Positions 1-7,367 of a stretch of 12,384 bases of DNA are shown in pieces. The DNA lies in contig JANPEF010000101.1 in NCBI GenBank assembly GCA_031431875.1, positions 1 through 12,384 on the forward strand, in the 5' to 3' direction. Both the position numbers and the translations under genes were made by a program. The notes below the pieces were generated by a model. That model was given only the letters and a program-made list of their open reading frames with translations, made no database searches and was not told the DNA's origin. The DNA is from Candidatus Eiseniibacteriota bacterium. GTDB taxonomy: Bacteria > Eisenbacteria > RBG-16-71-46 > DASYSL01. The stretch's first letter is position 1. Each line of letters begins with the position of its first letter.

Positions 1-500
1 CCCGGGGGCGGCCCGCCCCCGTCAACCTCCACTCGGCCCGGCGCCCGCTGGCCGCTCACAAACGGGTCCGGTTTCACAAACCGCCCTCTTTTCGTTTGGC
101 GGCCCCCGGCACCGGGGGCCGCCGAAACCAGATTCTTCGCCGCAGCAGCCACCGGAACCGGCGGAGGCACAACCGCCGGCGCAACCGGCACTACGATCGG
201 CGCTGCGGCAACCACCGGCGGCGCCTTCGGCGGAATCGGCGGAGCCTCGGGGGCGTCCGGATCGGGCGCCTGCAGGGCCACGCTGATCATCCGATGATCG
301 ATGCTGCGCTTCAAGAACGCTTTCAGCGCTGTCTCGACGTCGCGCACGATCTGCTTCGGGGCGCGGGTCGACACGGCGACGATATGGACTTCCCGGATCT
401 GGTCCCCGTCCGTGGTGATCGAAGCGGCCTGGACGTCCCTGAGCCGAGCGAGGATCCGCTCGGCCTCCGCCACCCACTCAGCCGACAGTTCGGAAGACAG
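1..500 (-). CDS. Hypothetical protein, truncated at the left window edge (not in the ORF track)
   Basis: Manual translation of the minus frame from 500 gives (L/M)SSELSAEWVAEAERILARLRDVQAASITTDGDQIREVHIVAVSTRAPKQIVRDVETALKAFLKRSIDHRMISVALQAPDPDAPEAPPIPPKAPPVVAAAPIVVPVAPAVVPPPVPV..., with no stop before position 1. A globular-looking N-terminal domain is followed by a Pro/Val/Ala linker. A strong SD (GAGGAGGGAGG, ~509-519) precedes CTG at 500; an in-frame TTG at 521 is the alternative start. Confidence 0.75.
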   Translation of the reverse strand, partial: MSSELSAEWVAEAERILARLRDVQAASITTDGDQIREVHIVAVSTRAPKQIVRDVETALKAFLKRSIDHRMISVALQAPDPDAPEAPPIPPKAPPVVAAAPIVVPVAPAVVPPPVPVAAAAKNLVSAAPGAGGRQTKRGRFVKPDPFVSGQRAPGRVEVDGGGPPP

Positions 501-567
501 GACCGAACCCTCCCTCCTCAATCGAGTTTCGAATCGTTACGAAGTCAGTCGGATCGAAAGCGCGTGG

Positions 568-596
568 ACTCTACCACAGCAATCCGCCGGCGGCAA
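568..596 (-). promoter_or_regulatory. Putative sigma70-type promoter for the left-edge hypothetical gene
   Basis: Minus strand reads TTGCCG (596-591), 17 bp, TAGAGT (573-568), with an extended -10 TGn (TGG-TAGAGT). It lies in the 501-614 intergenic gap. Confidence 0.5.
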
Positions 597-614
597 GCGG
601 CCGGGAGGGGCAAC

Positions 615-1541
615 TCAAGCCCCCCAAAGGGGTTCCGGTGGGCAGTGCATGGTGGACAGGACCGCATCCACCCGGGAGGAGATCTCCTCGCGGCGGGCTT
701 CGGAAAGGCGGCGCGGCGAGAAGCCCTCGACCGCGATCGAGGCCAGCGCCGTACCCACGACCATCGCCCGGCGGAACTGCATCGGATGGTTTGCGCCGAC
801 GGCGTCGAGGTAGCCGAGGAATCCTCCGGCGAACGTGTCGCCCGCCCCCGTCGGATCGAGCGGATGCTCGAGCGCGAACGCCGGCGTGTAGAACCAGTCG
901 CCCTGGTGCGACATCGCCGCCCCGTGCTCGCTCTTCTTGATCACGATCCGCCGGGCGCCCCGCTCGTGCAGTTTGCGCACGGCGCGCGGGAGCGACCAGT
1001 CATCGGCCAGCAGTTTCACTTCCTCGTCGTTGAGCAGGACGATGTCGACGCGCGCGAGGAGTTCGAGCAGGCGGTCCCGCTTCGAAGTGATCCAGTAGTT
1101 CATGGTATCGACCACCACCAGCCGCGGGTTCTCGATCTGGTCGAGGACGTGCAGCTGCAGGTCGGGATCGATGTTGGCGAGGAACACCGTGCTCGCCTTG
1201 CGCTGCTCGGGCGTGAGCTCGGGCTGGAAGGTCTCGAACACGTTGAGCTCGGTCGAGAGCGACTTGCGCTGGCTCAGGTCCTCGCTGTACTCGCCCGCCC
1301 AGCGAAAGGTCTTCCCGCCCTTGACCGTGGACAGACCTTCGAGATGGATGCGTTCCTGCGTCAGCAGCGCCCGGTGCCCGTCGGGGAAGTCCTCGCCGAC
1401 GACGGCGACGATGTGCACGTCGCTGAAGTGCCGGGCGGCAAGTGCGAAGTAGGCCGCCGAACCGCCCAGCGCGTCACGGGCGGAACCGCGCGGGGTGTAG
1501 ATGGTGTCGAGTGCGACCGAACCCACGACCACGATGCTCAA
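615..1541 (-). CDS. PfkB/ribokinase-family carbohydrate or nucleoside kinase
   Basis: 308 aa. N-terminal VVGSVALD and GGSAAY, LNDEE, and the C-terminal PfkB signature DPTGAGDTFAGG. TTG start with GGAGG SD directly after the argS stop. Confidence 0.92.
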   Translation of the reverse strand: MSIVVVGSVALDTIYTPRGSARDALGGSAAYFALAARHFSDVHIVAVVGEDFPDGHRALLTQERIHLEGLSTVKGGKTFRWAGEYSEDLSQRKSLSTELNVFETFQPELTPEQRKASTVFLANIDPDLQLHVLDQIENPRLVVVDTMNYWITSKRDRLLELLARVDIVLLNDEEVKLLADDWSLPRAVRKLHERGARRIVIKKSEHGAAMSHQGDWFYTPAFALEHPLDPTGAGDTFAGGFLGYLDAVGANHPMQFRRAMVVGTALASIAVEGFSPRRLSEARREEISSRVDAVLSTMHCPPEPLWGA

Positions 1542-1549
1542 GCCGCCTC

Positions 1550-3220
1550 CTACATCCGCTCCGGGGCCGAAACCCCGAGCAGGCCGAGTCCGTTGTGCAC
1601 CGTCTGCTGCACGCCGCGCACGAGCAGGAGGCGCGCGGCCGTCAGCGCTGCGTCGTCGGTCATCACCCGGTGCTCGTGGTAGAACTGGTGGAACGATTTC
1701 GCCAGTTCGTCGAGGTACGTCGTCAGGCGGTGCGGCTCCTCGGCCGCGGCTGCTCCCGCCACGAGCTCGGGGAAATGCGCGATGGCACGCAGCAGCACGC
1801 GCTCCTCGGGTGCGAGCAGCAATGCTGCGGCCGCCAGGCGCGCGTCACGCCCCGCGGGGGGCTCGTGGCCCTTCTCGGCGGCGACCCGCAGCAGGCTCGC
1901 CACCCGGGCGTGGGCGTACTGCACGTAGTACGCCGGGTTGTCGGCGTTCTGCGACTTCGCCAGGTCGAGGTCGAAGTCGAGGTGCGATGACGTCGAGCGC
2001 ATGAGGAAGAAGAACTTGGCGCAATCGGCGCCGACCTCGGCGATCAGCTCGTCGAGCGTGACGAACTCCCCCGCCCGCTTCGACATCTTGACCAGCTCTC
2101 CCTTCGACAGCAACCGCACGAACTGGACGATCGTCACGCGGAAGAACTCGTCCGGGTATCCGAGCGCCTTCATTGCTGCGGCCATGCGGGCGACGTGGCC
2201 GTGATGGTCCGGGCCCCACAGGTCGAGCGAGCGGGCCCAGCCGCGCTTCGCCTTGTCGCGGTGGTAGGCGATGTCGGCCAGGTAATACGAGGGCTCGCCG
2301 CTGCCCCGCACGAGGACGCGGTCCTTCTCGTCACCGAACGCGCTCGAGCGGAACCACTGCGCGCCATCGCGCTCGTAGACGTGGCCGCTCGCCGTGAGGT
2401 CGGCGAGCGTCGCGGCCAGCGCCCCGTCGGCGTGCAGCGTCGACTCGCGGAACCAGTGATCGAACGTCGTGCCGTAGGCGGCGAGCGAGCGCTCCTGCCA
2501 GGCCAGCATGCCTTCGAGCGCAAAGTCGCGGAACCAGCGCAGGTCGTCGCGCTCAAGCGCGGCGCGTCCCTCGGGCTCGGGCACCCGGGCGGCGACGTCG
2601 GCGATGTAGTCGCCGTGGTACCCGTCCTCGGGGAATGCGCCCGCAAGCCCGATCCGCTCACGGAAGCGCGCGGCCACCGAAGCGCCCAGCAGGTCGACCT
2701 GACGTCCGGCATCGTTGACGTAGAATTCGGCGTCGGCCTTCCGTCCCGCGGCGCGGTGCAGGCGGACCAGCGCGGCGCCGACGGCGGCGGCGCGGGCGTT
2801 GACCACGTTCATGGGGCCGGTCGGATTGGCGCTCACGTACTCGACGAGGATCGACGGCAGGTCGGCCGCGGGCCAGGTGCCCCAGGCGTCCCCCGCCTCG
2901 ACTGCGTCGACGAGGGCGAGGCCCAGGCGGACGGAGCTCAGGCGGAAATTGATGAAGCCGGGCCCCGCGATCGTCGTCTCCTCGAGCACGTCGGGGCCGA
3001 GGTCGAGCGCTGAGACCAGCGCCTCGGCGACCTGGCGCGGCGGGCGCCCGACGGACTTGGCGAGCACGAGTGCAAGGTTCGTGGCGTAGTCGCCGTGCGC
3101 GGCGATGCGTGGCACCTCGAGGGGAACGCGCGCCGCGTCGGGACCTGCGGGACCGGGAAGCGGGAACGCGTTCTTCGCCGCCGCGCGGGCGACGGCCTCA
3201 CGCAGGGCGGTCGTCAACAA
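1550..3220 (-). CDS. argS: Arginine--tRNA ligase
   Basis: 556 aa. HGDYATNLAL, GPGFINF, VEYVSANPTGP, YVNDAGRQ, GDEKDRVL, GPDHHGH, KMSKRAG, and YVQYAHAR in the anticodon-binding (DALR) domain. The HIGH position reads NVVN. The TTG start (3220 or 3217) overlaps the rsfS 3' end. Confidence 0.96.
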   Translation of the reverse strand: MLTTALREAVARAAAKNAFPLPGPAGPDAARVPLEVPRIAAHGDYATNLALVLAKSVGRPPRQVAEALVSALDLGPDVLEETTIAGPGFINFRLSSVRLGLALVDAVEAGDAWGTWPAADLPSILVEYVSANPTGPMNVVNARAAAVGAALVRLHRAAGRKADAEFYVNDAGRQVDLLGASVAARFRERIGLAGAFPEDGYHGDYIADVAARVPEPEGRAALERDDLRWFRDFALEGMLAWQERSLAAYGTTFDHWFRESTLHADGALAATLADLTASGHVYERDGAQWFRSSAFGDEKDRVLVRGSGEPSYYLADIAYHRDKAKRGWARSLDLWGPDHHGHVARMAAAMKALGYPDEFFRVTIVQFVRLLSKGELVKMSKRAGEFVTLDELIAEVGADCAKFFFLMRSTSSHLDFDLDLAKSQNADNPAYYVQYAHARVASLLRVAAEKGHEPPAGRDARLAAAALLLAPEERVLLRAIAHFPELVAGAAAAEEPHRLTTYLDELAKSFHQFYHEHRVMTDDAALTAARLLLVRGVQQTVHNGLGLLGVSAPERM

Positions 3221-3590
3221 TCTCGATCCTCTTGGCGTCTCCCCACAGGCGTTCGAGGAGATAGTATTCGCGCGTCTTCTCGTGGAAGACGTGGACGACG
3301 ACGTCGATGTAGTCGAGGAGCACCCAGCGGCGGCCGTCGAGCCCTTCGACGTGCCACGGCTTGACGCCGCCCTTCTCGCGCAGCAGTTCCTCGACGTGGT
3401 CGGCGATGCCCTTCACCTGCACCTCGGACGCGGCCGAGACGATGATGAAGAAATCGCTGACCGCCTCGAGCTCGCGCAGGTCGAGGAGGACGGGATCGGT
3501 CGCCTTCTTGGCCAGGCAGGCCTCGACGGCGAGGCGCGCCAGCGGGAGGCCGGCGCCGGATTTCACGGGGCGGATCATGGCGGCATCCAC
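3198..3590 (-). CDS. rsfS: Ribosome silencing factor RsfS (Iojap/RsfA)
   Basis: 130 aa with KKATDPVLLDL, SDFFIIVSA, VEG..RWVLLDYIDVVVHVF and REYYLLERLWGD, the typical RsfS motifs. The GTG start abuts the upstream TAG; ATG at 3578 is the alternative. Confidence 0.95.
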   Translation of the reverse strand: MDAAMIRPVKSGAGLPLARLAVEACLAKKATDPVLLDLRELEAVSDFFIIVSAASEVQVKGIADHVEELLREKGGVKPWHVEGLDGRRWVLLDYIDVVVHVFHEKTREYYLLERLWGDAKRIEIVDDRPA

Positions 3591-4568
3591 CTAGTTCGAC
3601 CGGGCGATCGCGTACTGGATCGCGTCGCCGAGCGCGTCCTTGATCGGGGAGTCGGTCTCGGGGGCGAGCGCGCGGCGGGCCCGGCGGGCGTACGTGTCGG
3701 CGCGCTGCTGCGCGTAGGCGACGTGTCCCCCCTGCTCGAGGATGCCGACGAGTTCGCTCCATTCGGCCGGCTCGAGTTGCTTCTTCTCGACCAGGCGGCC
3801 GACCTTCGCCGCGTGTTTCCCGCCGTTCTTGAGCGCGTGGATCAACGGCAGCGTGATCTTGCCGCTCTCGAGGTCGCCGCCGACGCCCTTGCCGGTGGTC
3901 GACGGGTCGCCGACGTAGTCGAAGAGGTCGTCGGCGATCTGGAAGGCCAGCCCGATCTGCTCGCCGAAGCGGTAGAAGCGCTTGCCGCGCGCGATGTCCT
4001 CGCCGTGCCCGTTGGCGAGGGCGCCGATCTGGCAGGCGCCGCCGATGAGCGTCGCCGTCTTGGCGCGGATCACCTCGACGTACTGCGCCTCGCTCACGTC
4101 GAGGTCGCTCGCGTGCTCGAACTCGAGTGCCTCGCCGATCGTCATCTCATGGCTGACCCGGGCGAGGATCTGCATCGCGGGGTTCAGCTCCTCGTCCACC
4201 ATCTTGGTGAACGCCTTCGAGTACAGGAAATCGCCGATGATGATCGAGACCTCGTCGTTCCAGAGATTGTTCACCGTGGGCAGTCCGCGGCGCAGCAGGC
4301 TCTTGTCCACCGAATCGTCGTGGATCAGCGCCGCCGCGTGGATGATCTCGACGACGCACGCCGCGGAAATGAGGCGGCGATCGGCGGGCCCGCTGAGGCG
4401 CGCCACCAACAAAAGCAGGGTCGGTCGGAACTTCTTTCCCCGCGTGGCGAGAAAGTGCCCGGCGACCTGATTGATGATCCCGATGGGCGACCGGAAAAGC
4501 GTCGCGAGCTGGCGATCGACTTGCGCCAGCTCGCGACGCACCGGTCCCTGGACCCGGCCCCAATCCAT
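3591..4568 (-). CDS. Trans-polyprenyl diphosphate synthase (IspB/HepT-like, probably long-chain for quinone side chains)
   Basis: GKKFRP, first aspartate-rich motif IHDDSVD..LRRG, IIIGDFLYSKAF, KTA, second motif FQIADDLFD, GDLESGKITLP. Small Ala residues precede the first motif, typical of long-chain enzymes. Start moved to ATG 4568 (MDWGRV) because the track's 4649 start is the -35 box of the promoter. Confidence 0.92.
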   Translation of the reverse strand: MDWGRVQGPVRRELAQVDRQLATLFRSPIGIINQVAGHFLATRGKKFRPTLLLLVARLSGPADRRLISAACVVEIIHAAALIHDDSVDKSLLRRGLPTVNNLWNDEVSIIIGDFLYSKAFTKMVDEELNPAMQILARVSHEMTIGEALEFEHASDLDVSEAQYVEVIRAKTATLIGGACQIGALANGHGEDIARGKRFYRFGEQIGLAFQIADDLFDYVGDPSTTGKGVGGDLESGKITLPLIHALKNGGKHAAKVGRLVEKKQLEPAEWSELVGILEQGGHVAYAQQRADTYARRARRALAPETDSPIKDALGDAIQYAIARSN

Positions 4569-4620
4569 TCCTGGAATGCACTCTCCGCGGGGGTGAAGAC
4601 GACATGAGGGAACAATCCGC

Positions 4621-4649
4621 AGAATAGCCTCGACCGCGGGGCGTGTCAA
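4621..4649 (-). promoter_or_regulatory. Near-consensus sigma70 promoter for the polyprenyl synthase-rsfS-argS-pfkB cluster
   Basis: Minus strand reads TTGACA (4649-4644), exactly 17 bp, TATTCT (4626-4621). Such a match is unlikely by chance at this GC content. Confidence 0.8.
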
Positions 4650-6076
4650 GACGACCCGCCCGCCGACCCGCCCCGCGTCTCGCGTGCGAGGTCCTCGAGC
4701 CGCGCAAGCTGGTGCACGCGCTGATTCGTCGCCGGATCGTCGAGCGCCTCCTCGAGCAGGCGCGCCAGCGCGCGCCCGACGGCCGGACCCGGCGACACTT
4801 CGAGAATGCGCAGGACGTCTCCCCCGTCGACGGCGAGGTCGCGCACCGCGAGCGGCGGCTGCGGCGCGAGCACGACGGCAAGCCGCGCGACGAACGCGTC
4901 GAGCGCCGCCAGGTCCGGCGCCTCCGGTCGGGTCGCCGCCGCATCAGCGCGACGCAACGCGAACAGCGCGGGCAGCGCCTCGATGCCGACGCGACGAACG
5001 AAACGCCGCACCGCCGCGTCCGTCCATTCGGCGCGATAGTCGAACAGGTGCTCGCGCACCAGCAGGACGATCGCCGTGCGCTCGTCACGCGGCAGGCGCA
5101 GCCGCTCGAGCATGCGATCGACGATGTCCCCGCCGACCTGCGGGTGGCCGTGAAACGTCGCCTCGCCGTCAGCCAGCGCGACGCGGGTCGCCGGCTTCCC
5201 CAGGTCGTGTGCGAGGGCGGCCCAGCGCAGTCGCGGCTCGGGCGGTGCGGCGTCGACAGCGCGCACCGTGTGCTCGTAAACGTCGAAGGCATGGTGGCGA
5301 TTCTGGGTGACGCCGACGCACGCCGCGAGCTCGGGCAGCAGCAACGGCAGGAGCCCGCTGTCGCGCAACAGGGCGAAGCCGACGCTGGGGCTGGGCGCGA
5401 GCAGCATGCGCCCGACCTCGTCGCGCACCCGCTCCTGGGACAGCCGCGGCACGAGGTCGGCGACGGCGCCGAGCGCGTCGCGCGTTGCGGGCTCGACCTC
5501 GAACTCGAGGACGGCCGCGAGACGTGCCGCACGCAGCGGGCGCAGGGCGTCCTCGCGGAAGCGCGCAACGGGGTCGCCGACCGCGCGGAGCAGGCGCGCT
5601 GCGAGGTCGGCGCGGCCGCCGGTGCTGTCGACCAGGAGTTCGCGCCCGGGATCGTAGGCCAGCGCATTGACGGTGAAGTCGCGCCGGGCGAGATCGCCAG
5701 CGAGCGAGACGCCGAACTCGACGCGATCCGGGTGGCGTGCGTCGCTGGCGCCAATGTCCGTCCGGTAGCTCGTCACCTCGATTGCGCCCGCGGCGTGCGG
5801 CAGCGTGACGGTGCCATGCTCGACGCCGGTCGGGATGGCCGAGGGAAAGAGCGCGATGACCTGGGGCGGCGTTGCCGCGGTCGCCAGATCCCACAGGCCC
5901 CGCACCGGTCGGCCGAGCAACGCGTCGCGCACGCCCCCGCCCACGGCGACCGTCTCGTGCCCCCGTGCCGCGAGGTGCGCGATGACCTCGCGCACGTGGG
6001 GCGGCAATGCGGCGGCGAGCACGGCGGGGGCGGGGACGGAGGGGGCGCCTCCGAATGCGTCCGAGGATGCGTTCAC
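4646..6076 (-). CDS. Class II tRNA nucleotidyltransferase / poly(A) polymerase family protein with HD domain
   Basis: 476 aa. VGGGVRDALLG, IEVTSYRT, DLARRDFTVNALA, FREDALRPLRAAR (EDxxR), SQERVRDE, QNRHHAFDVYEHT, HDLGKP, and C-terminal LAVDGGD..PGPAVG. Motif A lacks its first Asp (see findings). The start codon is uncertain (GTG, no SD). Confidence 0.9.
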   Translation of the reverse strand: MNASSDAFGGAPSVPAPAVLAAALPPHVREVIAHLAARGHETVAVGGGVRDALLGRPVRGLWDLATAATPPQVIALFPSAIPTGVEHGTVTLPHAAGAIEVTSYRTDIGASDARHPDRVEFGVSLAGDLARRDFTVNALAYDPGRELLVDSTGGRADLAARLLRAVGDPVARFREDALRPLRAARLAAVLEFEVEPATRDALGAVADLVPRLSQERVRDEVGRMLLAPSPSVGFALLRDSGLLPLLLPELAACVGVTQNRHHAFDVYEHTVRAVDAAPPEPRLRWAALAHDLGKPATRVALADGEATFHGHPQVGGDIVDRMLERLRLPRDERTAIVLLVREHLFDYRAEWTDAAVRRFVRRVGIEALPALFALRRADAAATRPEAPDLAALDAFVARLAVVLAPQPPLAVRDLAVDGGDVLRILEVSPGPAVGRALARLLEEALDDPATNQRVHQLARLEDLARETRGGSAGGSS

Positions 6077-6100
6077 GGCCGCACTCTACGACGCCCCGCG

Positions 6101-6718
6101 TCAGCCGACCAGCACCTCGACCGCCCCGAGCAGGTCGCGCTGGCTGAGCCGGGTGGCGTGCCACAGCCAGTCGAAGAGCGGATGCGGCCGGCCGCGCGAG
6201 GCAGCCCGGCGGCCGAAGGTATGCCGAAAGGCGGCCAGCCGTTCGCGGCGGGTCAGGCCCGGGCGACCTCGGCGATGGAGCCGCCCGTCGATCCAGACGT
6301 TCCACGCCTCGTTGAACGGCGCCCAGCGGCGAGGCGGGACGACGCTGCCGTCGATCCCGCGCACCACGTGGTCGGCAACGTGCGACAGTTCGTGGAAGAA
6401 CGCGGCGCGCGCGGCGCGCTCGGAATAGCGCCGCGCCGGGACATCGGCCGCGGTATGACCGGCGCGGGCGAGGACGGCCCGGCCGTCGGCGGTGAGAAAG
6501 TTGCCGAGATCGACGACCAGGCGCACGTCGACGCGGCGGCCGACCGCGCGCCACAGCACGTGCGCATCGTCGCCGGCCGTCCGCGGGCGGACGACCACGG
6601 TGACGCGACGCAGGTGGGGCGCCAGGCGCAGGGTGCGCGCGACGGAACGCAGTGTCCGCTCGGCGCGCTCGCGATAGGCGAACGCGCCCGGGATGAAGGT
6701 GACGCGGCAGGCGGACAT
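6101..6718 (-). CDS. Hypothetical protein with HExxH zincin-like motif
   Basis: 205 aa. ATG preceded by GGGAG; fills the gap between the lipoprotein and the CCA-family gene. FFHELSH at 6380-6394 is followed by FNEAWNVWIDGRL. Very Arg-rich. Confidence 0.6.
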   Translation of the reverse strand: MSACRVTFIPGAFAYRERAERTLRSVARTLRLAPHLRRVTVVVRPRTAGDDAHVLWRAVGRRVDVRLVVDLGNFLTADGRAVLARAGHTAADVPARRYSERAARAAFFHELSHVADHVVRGIDGSVVPPRRWAPFNEAWNVWIDGRLHRRGRPGLTRRERLAAFRHTFGRRAASRGRPHPLFDWLWHATRLSQRDLLGAVEVLVG

Positions 6719-6781
6719 GACGATACTCCCGGGAGCGTGGACAGGGTTGTAGAGGGCGGTGGGGAGCCGATCGATCCTGCG

Positions 6782-7222
6782 TTACAGTTCGGGGCCGGGT
6801 CCCTTTCCCCCGCCGGGTTCTGCCGAGGGATCGTCGCCCGAGTTGGTGCCGACGGCGATCACGAACGCGGCGGCGCCGGCGGCGCCGAGGCCCCACTTCG
6901 CGGTGCGGCCCCAATCGCGGCGCTTCTCCGAGAGGCTGGCGATGCGGTCGAGCGGCAGGCGCACGGGGACGGCGACCTCCTCCATCGAGGCTTGCCCGTC
7001 GGGGAGGTACACGGTGCGCTGCTGGTAGCCGGTGCCCGCCAGCGTGTCGGCGCTGATGGTGACCTTGTCAAACGAGAACTGCTCGCCCTCGTTGGTGCGC
7101 ACGAGGACGCTCGAGCGCTCGGGTTGGGCGGCAAACTCCGCCCGCGGAACCTGAGCGAGACTGGAACAGCCCGTGGCGCAGGCCAAGGCGAGAATGAATG
7201 CGAGGGACGACGGGTGTTTCAC
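6782..7222 (-). CDS. Putative lipoprotein with C-terminal hydrophobic segment
   Basis: Start re-assigned to GTG 7222 behind AAAGGAGG. MKHPSSLAFILALACATG|C resembles a signal peptide II/lipobox. A beta-rich middle section is followed by WGLGAAGAAAFVIAVG and a Gly/Pro tail; TAA stop at 6782. Confidence 0.7.
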   Translation of the reverse strand: MKHPSSLAFILALACATGCSSLAQVPRAEFAAQPERSSVLVRTNEGEQFSFDKVTISADTLAGTGYQQRTVYLPDGQASMEEVAVPVRLPLDRIASLSEKRRDWGRTAKWGLGAAGAAAFVIAVGTNSGDDPSAEPGGGKGPGPEL

Positions 7223-7251
7223 GCTTCCTCCTTTCGGAGACCTTGAAGCAG

Positions 7252-7281
7252 AGTCTACCAGCCGGTCGGGACGCTTCACAA
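7252..7281 (-). promoter_or_regulatory. Possible promoter for the lipoprotein gene
   Basis: Extended -10 TGG-TAGACT (-10 at 7257-7252) with a weak -35 TTGTGA (7281-7276) 18 bp upstream, in the divergent intergenic region. Confidence 0.35.
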
Positions 7282-7367
7282 CCTCGCCGCCCGAAGCCGC
7301 GCCAACTTCGTGCTGCACGCAACTATCGCGCTGTAAACCGTTGTCCATCCATCACCTGGGGATCTAC

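Noticed and set aside
22..477. 151-aa minus-strand ORF with Cys/Gly-rich tail
   Set aside because: Off-frame reading of the real gene (500->1). The apparent Cys-rich RiPP-like tail comes from the Pro/Val/Ala linker read in another frame.
96..1682. 528-aa plus-strand ORF
   Set aside because: Antisense shadow of the PfkB kinase and the left-edge gene. It is Arg-rich with no motifs; long stop-free antisense frames are expected at this GC content.
3105..4607. 500-aa plus-strand ORF
   Set aside because: Antisense to rsfS and the polyprenyl synthase, which have clear motifs.
4643..7246. 867-aa plus-strand ORF and the overlapping 535/581-aa minus-strand ORFs
   Set aside because: Shadow or alternative frames over the CCA-family, HExxH and lipoprotein genes; low-complexity Arg/Ala/Pro content and no recognisable domains.
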